DNA of 32,000 nucleotides from Methanopyrus kandleri AV19. Lineage in GTDB: Archaea > JAADCQ01 > Methanopyri > Methanopyrales > Methanopyraceae. How positions within the stretch are numbered: the first letter of the stretch is position 1; each line of letters opens with the position of its first letter. Location of the stretch: contig NC_003551.1 of the NCBI RefSeq assembly GCF_000007185.1, forward strand, positions 480,001 through 512,000, in the 5' to 3' direction. Made by a program: the position numbers and the translations under genes. Below the pieces are notes generated by a model. It was not told the origin of the DNA, ran no database searches, and saw only the letters and a list, made by a program, of their open reading frames with translations. Positions 8,429-17,118 of this stretch are shown here, in pieces.

Positions 8429-9094
8429 GTGGTCGCAAGCGTGACCGGTGGAGTTATTACAACGGCGGAAGACGCGCGTTTCCGGCGGGGGTGCCCTCTA
8501 TTGGTGCGCAGCGTGTCGGTAGGCGAGGTAGCCAGACGTGACGTGATCACGGGCAGTCCCACGGAAACCGCAGTGGAGATCGCCTACAAGATGCGGGAAC
8601 ATGGCATCGGCAGCGTGGTCATAGTGAACGAGAAAGACGAGCCCATTGGCATCATCACGGAGCGCGATCTCGTGATCAAGGTGGTATCACAGGGTAAGAA
8701 CCCCGACGAGGTGATAGCGCGGGATATCATGTCTCAACCGGTGATTACCGTCGAGGAGGACATGGAGGTCAACGAAGCCGTGAAACTGATGGTAGACAAG
8801 GGGATTCGAAGGCTTCCGATCGTAGACGATAATGGTAAACTGATAGGTATCGTAACGATGCAGGACATTCTCCAGGTTGAGCCCTACTTAGTAGCTACCA
8901 TAGAGGAGGAGATGAAGAAATTCCAGGAAGAGCTCGAGGAACTAGAGGAAGTGTCAGAGATTATTGAAGGAGTTTGCGACCTCTGTGAGACCTACTCGGA
9001 AGAGCTCCGATTCGTCGACGGAGTGTGGGTTTGTCCTGAGTGTTACGAGGACATTTTAGGCAGGGAGATCGAAGACAGGGAACTCGAGGAGTGA
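8429..9094 (+). CDS. CBS-domain pair protein with C-terminal Zn ribbon
   Basis: 221 aa. It has two CBS repeats (ITERDLV..., IVTMQDIL), then an acidic coiled segment and CDLCE-x14-CPECY. GTG 8429 is preceded by a GAGGT SD-like box about 10 nt upstream. Alternative starts are TTG 8501 and GTG 8504. Confidence 0.8.
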   Translation: MVASVTGGVITTAEDARFRRGCPLLVRSVSVGEVARRDVITGSPTETAVEIAYKMREHGIGSVVIVNEKDEPIGIITERDLVIKVVSQGKNPDEVIARDIMSQPVITVEEDMEVNEAVKLMVDKGIRRLPIVDDNGKLIGIVTMQDILQVEPYLVATIEEEMKKFQEELEELEEVSEIIEGVCDLCETYSEELRFVDGVWVCPECYEDILGREIEDRELEE

Positions 9095-9100
9095 TCACCC

Positions 9101-9958
9101 GTGCTGACACGTCGTTCCGGTTTGCCAGACACCTCCGTCATGAGGTTAGCCACCACGAACGTCGTATCGATGCCACCTACCGCCACAGTGAAAAGCGCCG
9201 TCGACACGATGATACGGTACGGGTTCCGCAGGATTCCAGTGACGGAACCGGGTGAGCTGGAACTTGTCGGTATTATGACGGGCAAGGACGTGTTAGACTA
9301 CTTGGTCGGAGAGCGTCGGAAGATAATAGAGCGCCGATATGGGAGTACGTTCCTTCCGGCACTCCATGAGCCCGTGAGATCACTAATGAGAACTGAAGTC
9401 TACGTTATCACCCCATACGATACCGTCCGTAAAGCCGTTCGGACGATGTTTGAGTTCGAAGTCGGGGCTTTACCTATAGTGAAAGACAAGAAGCTCGTAG
9501 GGATAATCACTGAACGCGATATTATGGCCGATCTTTACGACGTACTGGAGGACACGAGAGTTGAGGAGATAATGACTGAGGACCCCGAAACAGTCCCATC
9601 GGACATTACGGTACTCGAAGCCGCGGAAATAATGGTAGACAGAGAGTTTCGGAGACTCCCAGTGGTTGAAAACGGGAGGTTATGCGGCCTCGTAACCGCT
9701 ACCGATGTGCTCCATCACGTCTCCAGTATGGCGACTGAAACATCGCCGGATGCGTCTGTTGAAGAAGTTATGGATGTGCCGGTGGAAGAAATTATGACAG
9801 AAGATGTCATTACAATCGAGCCTGACGTTAATATTGAAGAAGCCGCATTAACGATGAAGGGGGCTAACGTCGGAAGTTTAGTAGTGACGGAGGGTAACGA
9901 TGTGATAGGAATCATAACCGAACGAGATATTATGTACGCCATTGCCGAGAGAATGTGA
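9101..9958 (+). CDS. Four-CBS-domain protein
   Basis: 285 aa. GTG 9101 is preceded by GGAGTGATCACC, a near-perfect complement of the archaeal 16S 3' end. There are four CBS repeats with the recurring GI(I/M)T.(R/K)D(I/V) signature. Confidence 0.85.
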   Translation: MLTRRSGLPDTSVMRLATTNVVSMPPTATVKSAVDTMIRYGFRRIPVTEPGELELVGIMTGKDVLDYLVGERRKIIERRYGSTFLPALHEPVRSLMRTEVYVITPYDTVRKAVRTMFEFEVGALPIVKDKKLVGIITERDIMADLYDVLEDTRVEEIMTEDPETVPSDITVLEAAEIMVDREFRRLPVVENGRLCGLVTATDVLHHVSSMATETSPDASVEEVMDVPVEEIMTEDVITIEPDVNIEEAALTMKGANVGSLVVTEGNDVIGIITERDIMYAIAERM

Positions 9959-12113
9959 GGTACAGTGAAACACAGAGGCTGAAAGCTGAAAGCGCAATCC
10001 AAAGTGGGTGAGGGTTCCAAACGAATTTGACGGTGGTGGGACTTGGGACGCGAAGCAAGATCATGTTGTCAATGCCGCCCAACCTCACACCTCGATCCGG
10101 GATCCAGCAGGGGAAGTAAGGTACCTTCACCCATACCCATCCACGCCCATAGACTTTGAACCAAGCGTGGCCCAAGTCCACACGTATCGGTTTTAAGTTC
10201 CTCTTAGGTAGCATCTTCACAATACGAAGCGGTCTATCATGAACTATATTGATCCCGAATATCTTGGTTTTGAACTTATGATATCTATCCAGCACTAGGA
10301 TTTCCTTAACTCCAAATTCCTTAAGTACTCTTACTTCTTCGGGTGATGGATGCCTATCCATCACCACAACTTGTGGATGAGCATAACGTACTAAGTCACA
10401 ATCAGGAATTCGTGTGAAGGCGTACGCTGGTGCGTATTTAGGATCATATCGCAACAGTTTACAAAGTCTCATATACCTGTATTTGTTACCTAAAAATACT
10501 GATTTAATATCATCTATTTCATACCCCATCGTTGGATTAAACTCGTAAACTTTCACCCATCGATAATCACGAATGGGTCGTACACCAACGCGTTCCAGTT
10601 CCGTGATCATACGCTTAGCATACGGTTTCCGTGAACTTAGTATCAAAAACCGAACCCCTAATACATCCCCTATTTTCAATGCTTTATTGGGTTCTACACG
10701 CTTGAATGAACGCTGATACTGTACAACAACATCCCGAATTGGAGTACCCTCACGGTACCACCCGAAGACTGATGGAGCACCAGTAATGTAAGGTTCCATT
10801 CCCCAAAGTGCTCGATACCCTACCGTTGCTACCCTATCCCACGGTCCAGTATGCTCCCTCATCCACAGTAAAGCCGATAGTTCAGAGACTGTGTAATGAA
10901 CTGGACGATAAGCATATTTTAAACCGATTGCTGCATCGACTACCATCATTGAGCATATCATTATCAGCACGGTGTGTCGCCTTAGGAACCGGAAATTATC
11001 AACGACGAATGCCACAAATGTGCAGAGAATCACTGCCGAAAACATCAAAAACCATTTCGGTTCGAAACCAATCCGCTCCATGGGTTTCTGAAGCACGAGC
11101 CCGAAGGACAGGAGCAGTGCCACACCGGTCATGATCGCGAAGGGAAGGAAAGTTCTAGGACGGCGTCGTGCCGCGAGAATTAACCCCGCCCAACCCAGGA
11201 GGAACTGGATCGCACCCACGTATTTGGCGTACCTTGTTTTCCAATAGTCCGGTACGAAGAACTCCCACGGATCGTGTACCGAAGACATGCTGATCCACCA
11301 TTTCGGCTTGGTGGTATAGGAGTACGTCCGGTACTCAAGGGCGGGCATCAACCACCACGAAACCGCGAGTACCGAGAGCAAAATCGCGAAGAGTACCCAC
11401 GCGTGTCCCGGTACCTCCGGGAGTATCGAAGGAAGCTCCTCTTTCCCCACCGCCCACAACGTCCAGGATCGGGAGATGCGGAGCGCTACGTAGGCTAGGC
11501 ACACCGTTATAGCGGCCAGACCCGAACTGTGGTGCATGAGGATAGTCAGGGAGAGCACGAGCGCCAAATAACCGGCCCAGCGACCGCGCTCCCAGACTCT
11601 CCGATATACGGCCACAAGCAGCCCGGGAACCAGGGCGTAGAAGACGATGGCGGCAACGGTCGGGATTCGACCCTCAGTGAATGTAATTTCAATATGATTG
11701 TAGGACGTCTGATACGCGACGGCGGCGATTAGGGACCCTAACGGTGAGGCTCCCATCAGACGGGCGGATGCGTACACCGACGGCCCCGCAAGCGAGTAAG
11801 CCAGCCAAGTCCACCATTTCCACGCCGTTAGGACGTCCGTCTTCGCGAGGTGTGTCATCAGGGCAGGGATGAAGTACGCCAGGGGTGGATAAAACCACAG
11901 AAAGGGGTACCCGCAGTACCAGTATTCCGACCATTTCGGGTACGGCACGTCGCCCATCGACCAGAGCTTTTCGAGCATCCAAACCTTAGTCATGTGCCCG
12001 CGCGCGTCTGCACCACTGGGAAACCAGTTCCAACCGTAGTCAAGGGAAGGAGAAGACACCACCGCACCCACTAGGAAAGCGACCAGTGCACACAGTACGT
12101 CTTTACGATCCAA
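9930..12113 (-). CDS. Large polytopic membrane protein with extracytoplasmic C-terminal domain and terminal TM anchor; possible GT-C-fold (YfhO/ArnT-like) glycosyltransferase
   Basis: The ORF is open to ATG 12239 (769 aa). I prefer TTG 12113 (LDRKDVLCALVAFLVG...) because codons 12114-12239 are low-complexity and antisense to the RNA ligase N-terminus. It has about 12 TM helices, then a basic ~300-aa soluble domain, then a final TM (LWIALSAFSLCVSLYLTF). The function call is weak and based only on architecture. Confidence 0.75.
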   Translation of the reverse strand: MDRKDVLCALVAFLVGAVVSSPSLDYGWNWFPSGADARGHMTKVWMLEKLWSMGDVPYPKWSEYWYCGYPFLWFYPPLAYFIPALMTHLAKTDVLTAWKWWTWLAYSLAGPSVYASARLMGASPLGSLIAAVAYQTSYNHIEITFTEGRIPTVAAIVFYALVPGLLVAVYRRVWERGRWAGYLALVLSLTILMHHSSGLAAITVCLAYVALRISRSWTLWAVGKEELPSILPEVPGHAWVLFAILLSVLAVSWWLMPALEYRTYSYTTKPKWWISMSSVHDPWEFFVPDYWKTRYAKYVGAIQFLLGWAGLILAARRRPRTFLPFAIMTGVALLLSFGLVLQKPMERIGFEPKWFLMFSAVILCTFVAFVVDNFRFLRRHTVLIMICSMMVVDAAIGLKYAYRPVHYTVSELSALLWMREHTGPWDRVATVGYRALWGMEPYITGAPSVFGWYREGTPIRDVVVQYQRSFKRVEPNKALKIGDVLGVRFLILSSRKPYAKRMITELERVGVRPIRDYRWVKVYEFNPTMGYEIDDIKSVFLGNKYRYMRLCKLLRYDPKYAPAYAFTRIPDCDLVRYAHPQVVVMDRHPSPEEVRVLKEFGVKEILVLDRYHKFKTKIFGINIVHDRPLRIVKMLPKRNLKPIRVDLGHAWFKVYGRGWVWVKVPYFPCWIPDRGVRLGGIDNMILLRVPSPTTVKFVWNPHPLWIALSAFSLCVSLYLTFSRQWRT

Positions 12114-12150
12114 CGTCCTCTTCCTTCCCCCTCGTCCGCGGGGTGAGAGC

Positions 12151-13311
12151 GTGGCTGATCCCTCTAAAGACGTTAAGAAGCTGTCGATGATACTCGAATC
12201 GGAGGAATGGCGCGTAGAAAAAGCCATAGAGCGTGGCACGATCCGGCGTGTGAGGACGTCTTTCCCGGGCTTCGTCTACTACAGAACCGTACGGGAATTC
12301 GCCGGGTTCGAGCGAGGAACCTTGATCGTCCCGAGCCACGGGTTGTTGCTGCGCGGGTTTCCCAAGATTGAGCGCGCGTTGTTGCTTGAGCCGGCTCTCA
12401 GGTCGAGGTTCGGTGAGGTGGGGAAAGTGATCGTAGAGGAGAAGATGAACGGTCACAACGTACGCGTGTTCGAGCTGGACGGAGAGGTGTACGCGGCCAC
12501 GCGCGGGGGTTTGATCTGCCCGTACACTACTCACAAGCTCCGGAACATGTTTGAGGATGAGTTGAAGCAGTTCTTCGAGGACTACCCCGGAACGGTAGTC
12601 TGTGGTGAGTTCGTGGGGAAGGAGAATCCGTACGTGTCCCGCGAGTACCCGGAAGCCCGTGACGTGGGGTTCTTCGTGTTCGACGTCCGGGACCCGAGCG
12701 GACGGTTCTGGTCGTACGAGGAGAAACTGAAGGTGGACGAGTACGGGCTCGAACGCGTTCGGTGCTTCGGTGAGTTCGAGGTGAGCGAAGTCGAGGAGAT
12801 CCACCGTATCGTCCGCGAGCTCGATCGTGAAGGTCGGGAAGGTATCGTCATCAAGGATCCGGATCGAAAGCTGCCTCCATTGAAGTACACGACACACTCG
12901 GCGCACGTTGAGGAGATCGAGTGGGCGTTCAGGTTCGCGTTCGACTTAGGTCGTGACTTCGTGCTGACTCGCACGATCCGCGAAGGATTCCAATCGTTTG
13001 AATGGTGTGAAAAAGATAGAGAGCTGAAGCGTCGGGGCGCGGAGATAGGGCGAGCGATAGTAGAGGGATTGAGGAGGGCTGTGGAGCAGGTGGTGGAAGA
13101 AGGCGAGGCCTACGAAGAGATCCCACTGACCTTCGAATCACGGGAGTGGTTCGAACGGTACGAAGACTTCGTGAAACGGGTCACCGGAGGCACTCATTCG
13201 CTGAAGATCATCGAAGAGAAGGAGGACGGAACCGTCCGTGCGGTGCTGCGGAAGCGTTACTTCGGGACCGGTGATAAGGTGTCACGAATCCTCGAGGAGG
13301 GGGTCCTGTAG
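12151..13311 (+). CDS. ATP-dependent RNA ligase (archaeal Rnl3 / Pab1020-MthRnl type)
   Basis: 386 aa. Nucleotidyltransferase motifs: I EEKMNGHNVR (KxNG), III GFFVFDV, IV EGIVIKD, V LKYTT, followed by a helical dimerisation-type C-terminus. GTG 12151 is preceded by a GGGGTGAG SD 4 nt upstream. Confidence 0.85.
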   Translation: MADPSKDVKKLSMILESEEWRVEKAIERGTIRRVRTSFPGFVYYRTVREFAGFERGTLIVPSHGLLLRGFPKIERALLLEPALRSRFGEVGKVIVEEKMNGHNVRVFELDGEVYAATRGGLICPYTTHKLRNMFEDELKQFFEDYPGTVVCGEFVGKENPYVSREYPEARDVGFFVFDVRDPSGRFWSYEEKLKVDEYGLERVRCFGEFEVSEVEEIHRIVRELDREGREGIVIKDPDRKLPPLKYTTHSAHVEEIEWAFRFAFDLGRDFVLTRTIREGFQSFEWCEKDRELKRRGAEIGRAIVEGLRRAVEQVVEEGEAYEEIPLTFESREWFERYEDFVKRVTGGTHSLKIIEEKEDGTVRAVLRKRYFGTGDKVSRILEEGVL

Positions 13312-13315
13312 GGGT

Positions 13316-13792
13316 TTGATAGAAGTAGAGATTCCAGGTCGAGGCGAACTGCGGCTAGAGCACCTAGTTCTCGATTACAACGGCACGATAGCCTCGGGAG
13401 GAAAGTTGCTCGAAAGCGTTGTCGAACCACTGCAAGAGCTTACCGAAATCGTGCACGTTGTCGTCGCATCAGCGGATACTTACGGTACGGTTGAAGACGA
13501 GCTGAACGATGCCGGGCTGGACATCGAGGTCTACAGGGTGAGCGCCGGGAACGAGCGGGAGGATAAAGCTGAACTGATCGAGGAACTGGGGCCGGAAGTC
13601 TGCGCCGCCGTGGGGAACGGCGCGAACGACGAGTTGATGCTTAGAAGGGCTGCGTTAGGCATCTGCGTGATAGGCCCGGAGGGAGCGTGTTCGAGGACCT
13701 TGCTGAATGCACACGTGGTCGTGCGGGAGCCACGTGAAGCCTTGGAGCTACTCCTCGATCCGAAAGCGCTCAGGGCGACGATGAGGTGTTAG
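13316..13792 (+). CDS. Small HAD-superfamily protein ('soluble P-type ATPase', COG4087-like)
   Basis: HAD motif I LVLDYNGTIA, and motif III/IV GNGANDELML. The ORF is open from ATG 13238, but that start overlaps the ligase by 74 nt. TTG 13316, 4 nt after the ligase stop, gives about 158 aa, the usual size for this family. Confidence 0.7.
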   Translation: MIEVEIPGRGELRLEHLVLDYNGTIASGGKLLESVVEPLQELTEIVHVVVASADTYGTVEDELNDAGLDIEVYRVSAGNEREDKAELIEELGPEVCAAVGNGANDELMLRRAALGICVIGPEGACSRTLLNAHVVVREPREALELLLDPKALRATMRC

Positions 13793-15066
13793 CGTTGCGG
13801 GTGCTGCTCAAGGGCAAGATCCTGATCGGAGGGCGGGTACGAGAGCGCGAGGTGCTGGCCGAAGACGGTTGGATAGTCAAGATCGGCAAGAGACTGAACG
13901 AAGAGGCCGACCTCACGCTGGAATTGGGAAAAAGGGAGCTAGCGGTCCCGGCCCCGATCGACCTGCACGTGCATTGCCGGGATCCGCACCCGGATTACCC
14001 GTTTGGGTTCAAAACCGAAACAAGAAGGTTTCTTTTAGGAGGAGTCGCTACCGTAGTGGACATGCCGAACACGCGTCCGGCTCCCACTACACCTGAAACG
14101 TACTACGAAAAGGAGGAACTGGCGCGGGAGAACGCCGAGATCGAGGTCATCGTGGCCGGAGGCGTGAGGGATTCTCAGTGCACCAAGGAACTCGTCGAAG
14201 CCGGAGCGTACGTGCTCGGGGAAGTGTTCCTAGCGACGTCCACCGACGCGCCCGCGGTGCCGTGGAGCACGCTTCCGGAAATCTTCAGGGAACTATCCCC
14301 TGATGGTCCTCTAACGATATTCCATCCCGAGCTCGACGAACTGGTGGCCGAGAGGCCGGCCCGAAACCTCTACGAGCACCTAAAAAATAGGCCGCCGGAG
14401 GCTGAAACAACCGCCGTAGGGCTCCTGGCCGGGCTCAAGGTAAGATACCCAAGCCGTATCCATTTGTCTCACGTCACGCTGCCCGAGTCGGTGAAGATCG
14501 CCAAAGGAGCGGACATTACCGTGGACGTGACTCCCCACCACCTCTTCTTCGACGTGCTGCGAGTGGACCCGGAGGACCCTGTGTTTAAAGTGAACCCTCC
14601 ACTGCGAGGTCGTCATCACAGACTCGGACTCCTGCGCGCTGTGAGGAGAGGGGACGTGGACGTACTCGCCTCCGATCATGCCCCGCACATCCTCGAGGAC
14701 GAGTTCGAGGACGTCCCATCAGGAGTCACTGGAGGGGAGATCATCCTACCGGCGGCCCTCACGTTACACAGGCGATTCGGTTTGTCACTGAGGGACGCTG
14801 TGGCCATGATCACGTGCCGACCGGCGAAGCTCCTAGGCCGCGACGATCTAGGTGAGGTAGCGGTGGGGAAACGTGCCAGAATAACGGTCGTTCGAATGCG
14901 GGAGTTCGTCGTCCGGGCCGAGGAGTTCGGAGAGGAAGATCGGAAATTCCCCTACGACGGTATGCGGATGTTCGGAGAGCCCGTCAAGTTGATCGACGGG
15001 ACCAAGGTGTACGACCTCAAGGAATCTCGGCGGGAGGGGAAGCCGGTCATACTGGAGGGTGAGTGA
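13786..15066 (+). CDS. pyrC: Dihydroorotase
   Basis: 426 aa. Amidohydrolase signatures: PIDLHVHCRDP (HxH), VVDMPNTRP, HLSHV, TPHHLFF, KVNPPLR, LASDHAPH. The GTG start overlaps the upstream stop (GTGTTAG). Confidence 0.9.
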   Translation: MLALRVLLKGKILIGGRVREREVLAEDGWIVKIGKRLNEEADLTLELGKRELAVPAPIDLHVHCRDPHPDYPFGFKTETRRFLLGGVATVVDMPNTRPAPTTPETYYEKEELARENAEIEVIVAGGVRDSQCTKELVEAGAYVLGEVFLATSTDAPAVPWSTLPEIFRELSPDGPLTIFHPELDELVAERPARNLYEHLKNRPPEAETTAVGLLAGLKVRYPSRIHLSHVTLPESVKIAKGADITVDVTPHHLFFDVLRVDPEDPVFKVNPPLRGRHHRLGLLRAVRRGDVDVLASDHAPHILEDEFEDVPSGVTGGEIILPAALTLHRRFGLSLRDAVAMITCRPAKLLGRDDLGEVAVGKRARITVVRMREFVVRAEEFGEEDRKFPYDGMRMFGEPVKLIDGTKVYDLKESRREGKPVILEGE

Positions 15067-16756
15067 GTTGCCCACGGGTGCCAGGGTACTCGTCGAGTGC
15101 TTGAAAGAAGAGGGCGTCGAGCACATTTTCGGGTACCCGGGAGGTGCCGTCCTACCGATTTATGACGAGATCTACGACGAGGTTTCGATCGAACACATCC
15201 TCGTACGACACGAGCAGGGAGCTGCCCACGCCGCCGACGGGTACGCGAGGGTGAAAGGGAAACCCGGAGTCTGCATGGCGACATCGGGACCCGGAGCGAC
15301 GAACCTAGTCACGGGTATCGCCACGGCTTACATGGACTCGTCCCCGGTAATAGCCATCACCGGACAGGTCCCCACCACCATGATCGGGAAGGACGCGTTC
15401 CAGGAGGTCGACGCCGTCGGCGTGTTCATGCCCATCACTAAGCATAACTACCAGATAGGGAAACCCGAGGAGATACCGGAAGTCGTGAAGGAGGCGTTCA
15501 AGATAGCTATCACCGGTCGGCCGGGGCCTGTTCACATCGACGTGCCCAAAGACGTGCAGGAAGCGGAAGTGGATGTCGAGATACCCAAAACCGTCGAGGT
15601 CGAGGGCTTGAACGTGGTCAAGCGCGGTCATCCGGTACAGATCAAACGGGCCGCGGAGTTACTCGCCGAGGCGGAGCGACCCGTCATCTTAGCAGGCGGT
15701 GGGTGTGTAATCTCCAACGCTACTCGGGAGCTGATCGAGCTCGCGGAACTGCTCGGTGCTCCGGTAGCTACGACCCTCATGGGGAAGGGAGCGTTTCCCG
15801 AGGATCATCCACTAGCACTGGGTATGGCCGGTATGCACGGCACTAAGGCCGCGAACTACGCGCTGACGGAGTGCGACGTGCTACTCGCTGTAGGGTGCAG
15901 GTTCTCGGACAGGACTACGGGGGATCCCTCCGGATTCGCTCCCGAAGCGAAGATCATCCATATTGACATAGACCCCGCCGAGATCGGCAAGAACATCCCA
16001 GTCGACGTGCCCATAGTTGGTGATGCGAAGCTCGTCCTCAGGGACCTGATTAAGGAGTTGAAGCGGCGTAAGTACCTGAGGGAACGTAAGCGCTGGGGAG
16101 AGAGGATCGAGGAACTGAAGGCTGAAGTAGAGATGCCTCCGGAATCCACGGAGTCCGACCAACGGATCAGCCCGCGTGAGCTCGTACGTGTGTTACACGA
16201 AGCCCTGAAAGATCGGGATTACATTCTCACTACGGACGTAGGTCAGAACCAGATGTGGATGGCCCGATACTTCCCGGTGGAAGAACCGCGCAGGTTCATC
16301 TCCTCCGGTGGTTTAGGAACCATGGGATTCGGTCTTCCGGCCGCGCTCGGCGCTAAGGTAGCCGCACCGGAGAAAACCGTGGTCGCCGTGGTAGGAGACG
16401 GTGGGTTCTTGATGACCGCGCAAGAGTTAGCCACCGCCGTGGACAACGACATCGAGGTGAAGGTCTTCGTCATGGATAATAGACTCTTAGGGATGGTAGC
16501 GCAGTGGCAGAGGCTGTTCTACGACGAAAGATTGTCGGAATCGAAACTCGATGAGAAAACCGACATAGTGAAACTGACGGAGTCGTACGGAGCAGCCGGA
16601 ATTACCGTGGAGGAGCCGAGCGAGCTGGAGTCCGCGGTAGAGGAAGCCTTCGAGACTCCGGGTACGGTGGTGGTGGATGTGTTCGTAGATCCGGAAGAAA
16701 TCATCCCGATGGTGCCGCCGGGAGGCGAGTTGCGCGACATCCTTGGTGAAAAATGA
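15059..16756 (+). CDS. ilvB: Acetolactate synthase (acetohydroxyacid synthase) large subunit
   Basis: 565 aa. It starts GARVLVECLKEEGVEHIFGYPGGAVLPIYD and has the ThDP motif VVGDGGFLMTAQELATAV...VFVMDNRLLGMV. The GTG start overlaps the pyrC stop by 8 nt. Confidence 0.95.
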   Translation: MSELPTGARVLVECLKEEGVEHIFGYPGGAVLPIYDEIYDEVSIEHILVRHEQGAAHAADGYARVKGKPGVCMATSGPGATNLVTGIATAYMDSSPVIAITGQVPTTMIGKDAFQEVDAVGVFMPITKHNYQIGKPEEIPEVVKEAFKIAITGRPGPVHIDVPKDVQEAEVDVEIPKTVEVEGLNVVKRGHPVQIKRAAELLAEAERPVILAGGGCVISNATRELIELAELLGAPVATTLMGKGAFPEDHPLALGMAGMHGTKAANYALTECDVLLAVGCRFSDRTTGDPSGFAPEAKIIHIDIDPAEIGKNIPVDVPIVGDAKLVLRDLIKELKRRKYLRERKRWGERIEELKAEVEMPPESTESDQRISPRELVRVLHEALKDRDYILTTDVGQNQMWMARYFPVEEPRRFISSGGLGTMGFGLPAALGAKVAAPEKTVVAVVGDGGFLMTAQELATAVDNDIEVKVFVMDNRLLGMVAQWQRLFYDERLSESKLDEKTDIVKLTESYGAAGITVEEPSELESAVEEAFETPGTVVVDVFVDPEEIIPMVPPGGELRDILGEK

Positions 16757-17057
16757 GGCGGAAGTGAAAAAAGGATGGAGGGGGCCTACCCCTCGGCCCC
16801 GACCTCTACCACACGCGGCACCAACATCGCTGTGCACATTTCAGGCATTTCGAGAGTGGCCTGGTCGTCCTCCCAGCGTTCCAACTCCACTCGATCACTT
16901 CCGGATAGAGCGTGGAGGACGCGTCCGAAGTTCATCGGGGCCTCCCCTACTCGTTTTACCCCCAAATGTACGAGGTCGTTAAAATAGAAGGCGTGTCATG
17001 ACAAGGGTATGGAGTTCCTAAAGCGCGATCCGTGTTCACGAAATGGGCACAACATTG

Positions 17058-17073
17058 TTCGATCCACTTCGAA
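17058..17073. promoter_or_regulatory. TTCG-N8-CGAA inverted repeat (MsvR-type box as I recall it) abutting the rubrerythrin-like gene promoter
   Basis: The sequence TTCGATCCACTTCGAA sits directly 5' of the A/T-rich box at 17072-17085. Its role as a regulator site is inferred, not shown. Confidence 0.3.
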
Positions 17074-17085
17074 AAAGTTAAAAGG
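17072..17085 (+). promoter_or_regulatory. TATA-like box (AAAAAGTTAAAAGG) for the rubrerythrin-like gene
   Basis: An A/T-rich element 35-45 nt upstream of ATG 17119, in an otherwise GC-rich spacer. Confidence 0.35.
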
Positions 17086-17118
17086 TACGTAGCGAACGGT
17101 GATCAAGGGCGCTCGAAC

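Noticed and set aside
12103-12906. 267-aa minus-strand ORF opposite the RNA ligase gene
   Set aside because: The plus strand carries all nucleotidyltransferase motifs (KxNG and others). The minus-strand product has no recognisable features and would overlap two well-supported genes.
13238-13315. ATG 13238 as the start of the HAD protein; similarly 7124-7267 for ASCH, 22889-22963 for FrhG-like, 17032-17118 for rubrerythrin-like and 24581-24664 for the V4R-like ORF
   Set aside because: These N-terminal extensions overlap upstream genes or promoters. They are compositionally atypical and precede the point where family-typical N-termini begin.
16786-16965. 49-59 codon minus-strand ORF in the ilvB / rubrerythrin-like spacer
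   Set aside because: It has no recognisable family, no clear RBS or promoter, and it is below the ORF-track threshold. It is mentioned in a finding but not called as a gene.
16743-16987. Plus-strand ORFs of 79 and 70 aa after ilvB
   Set aside because: Both are Pro/Arg/Ser-rich low-complexity translations (PTPRPRPLPHAAPTS...). They overlap each other in different frames and have no start context.
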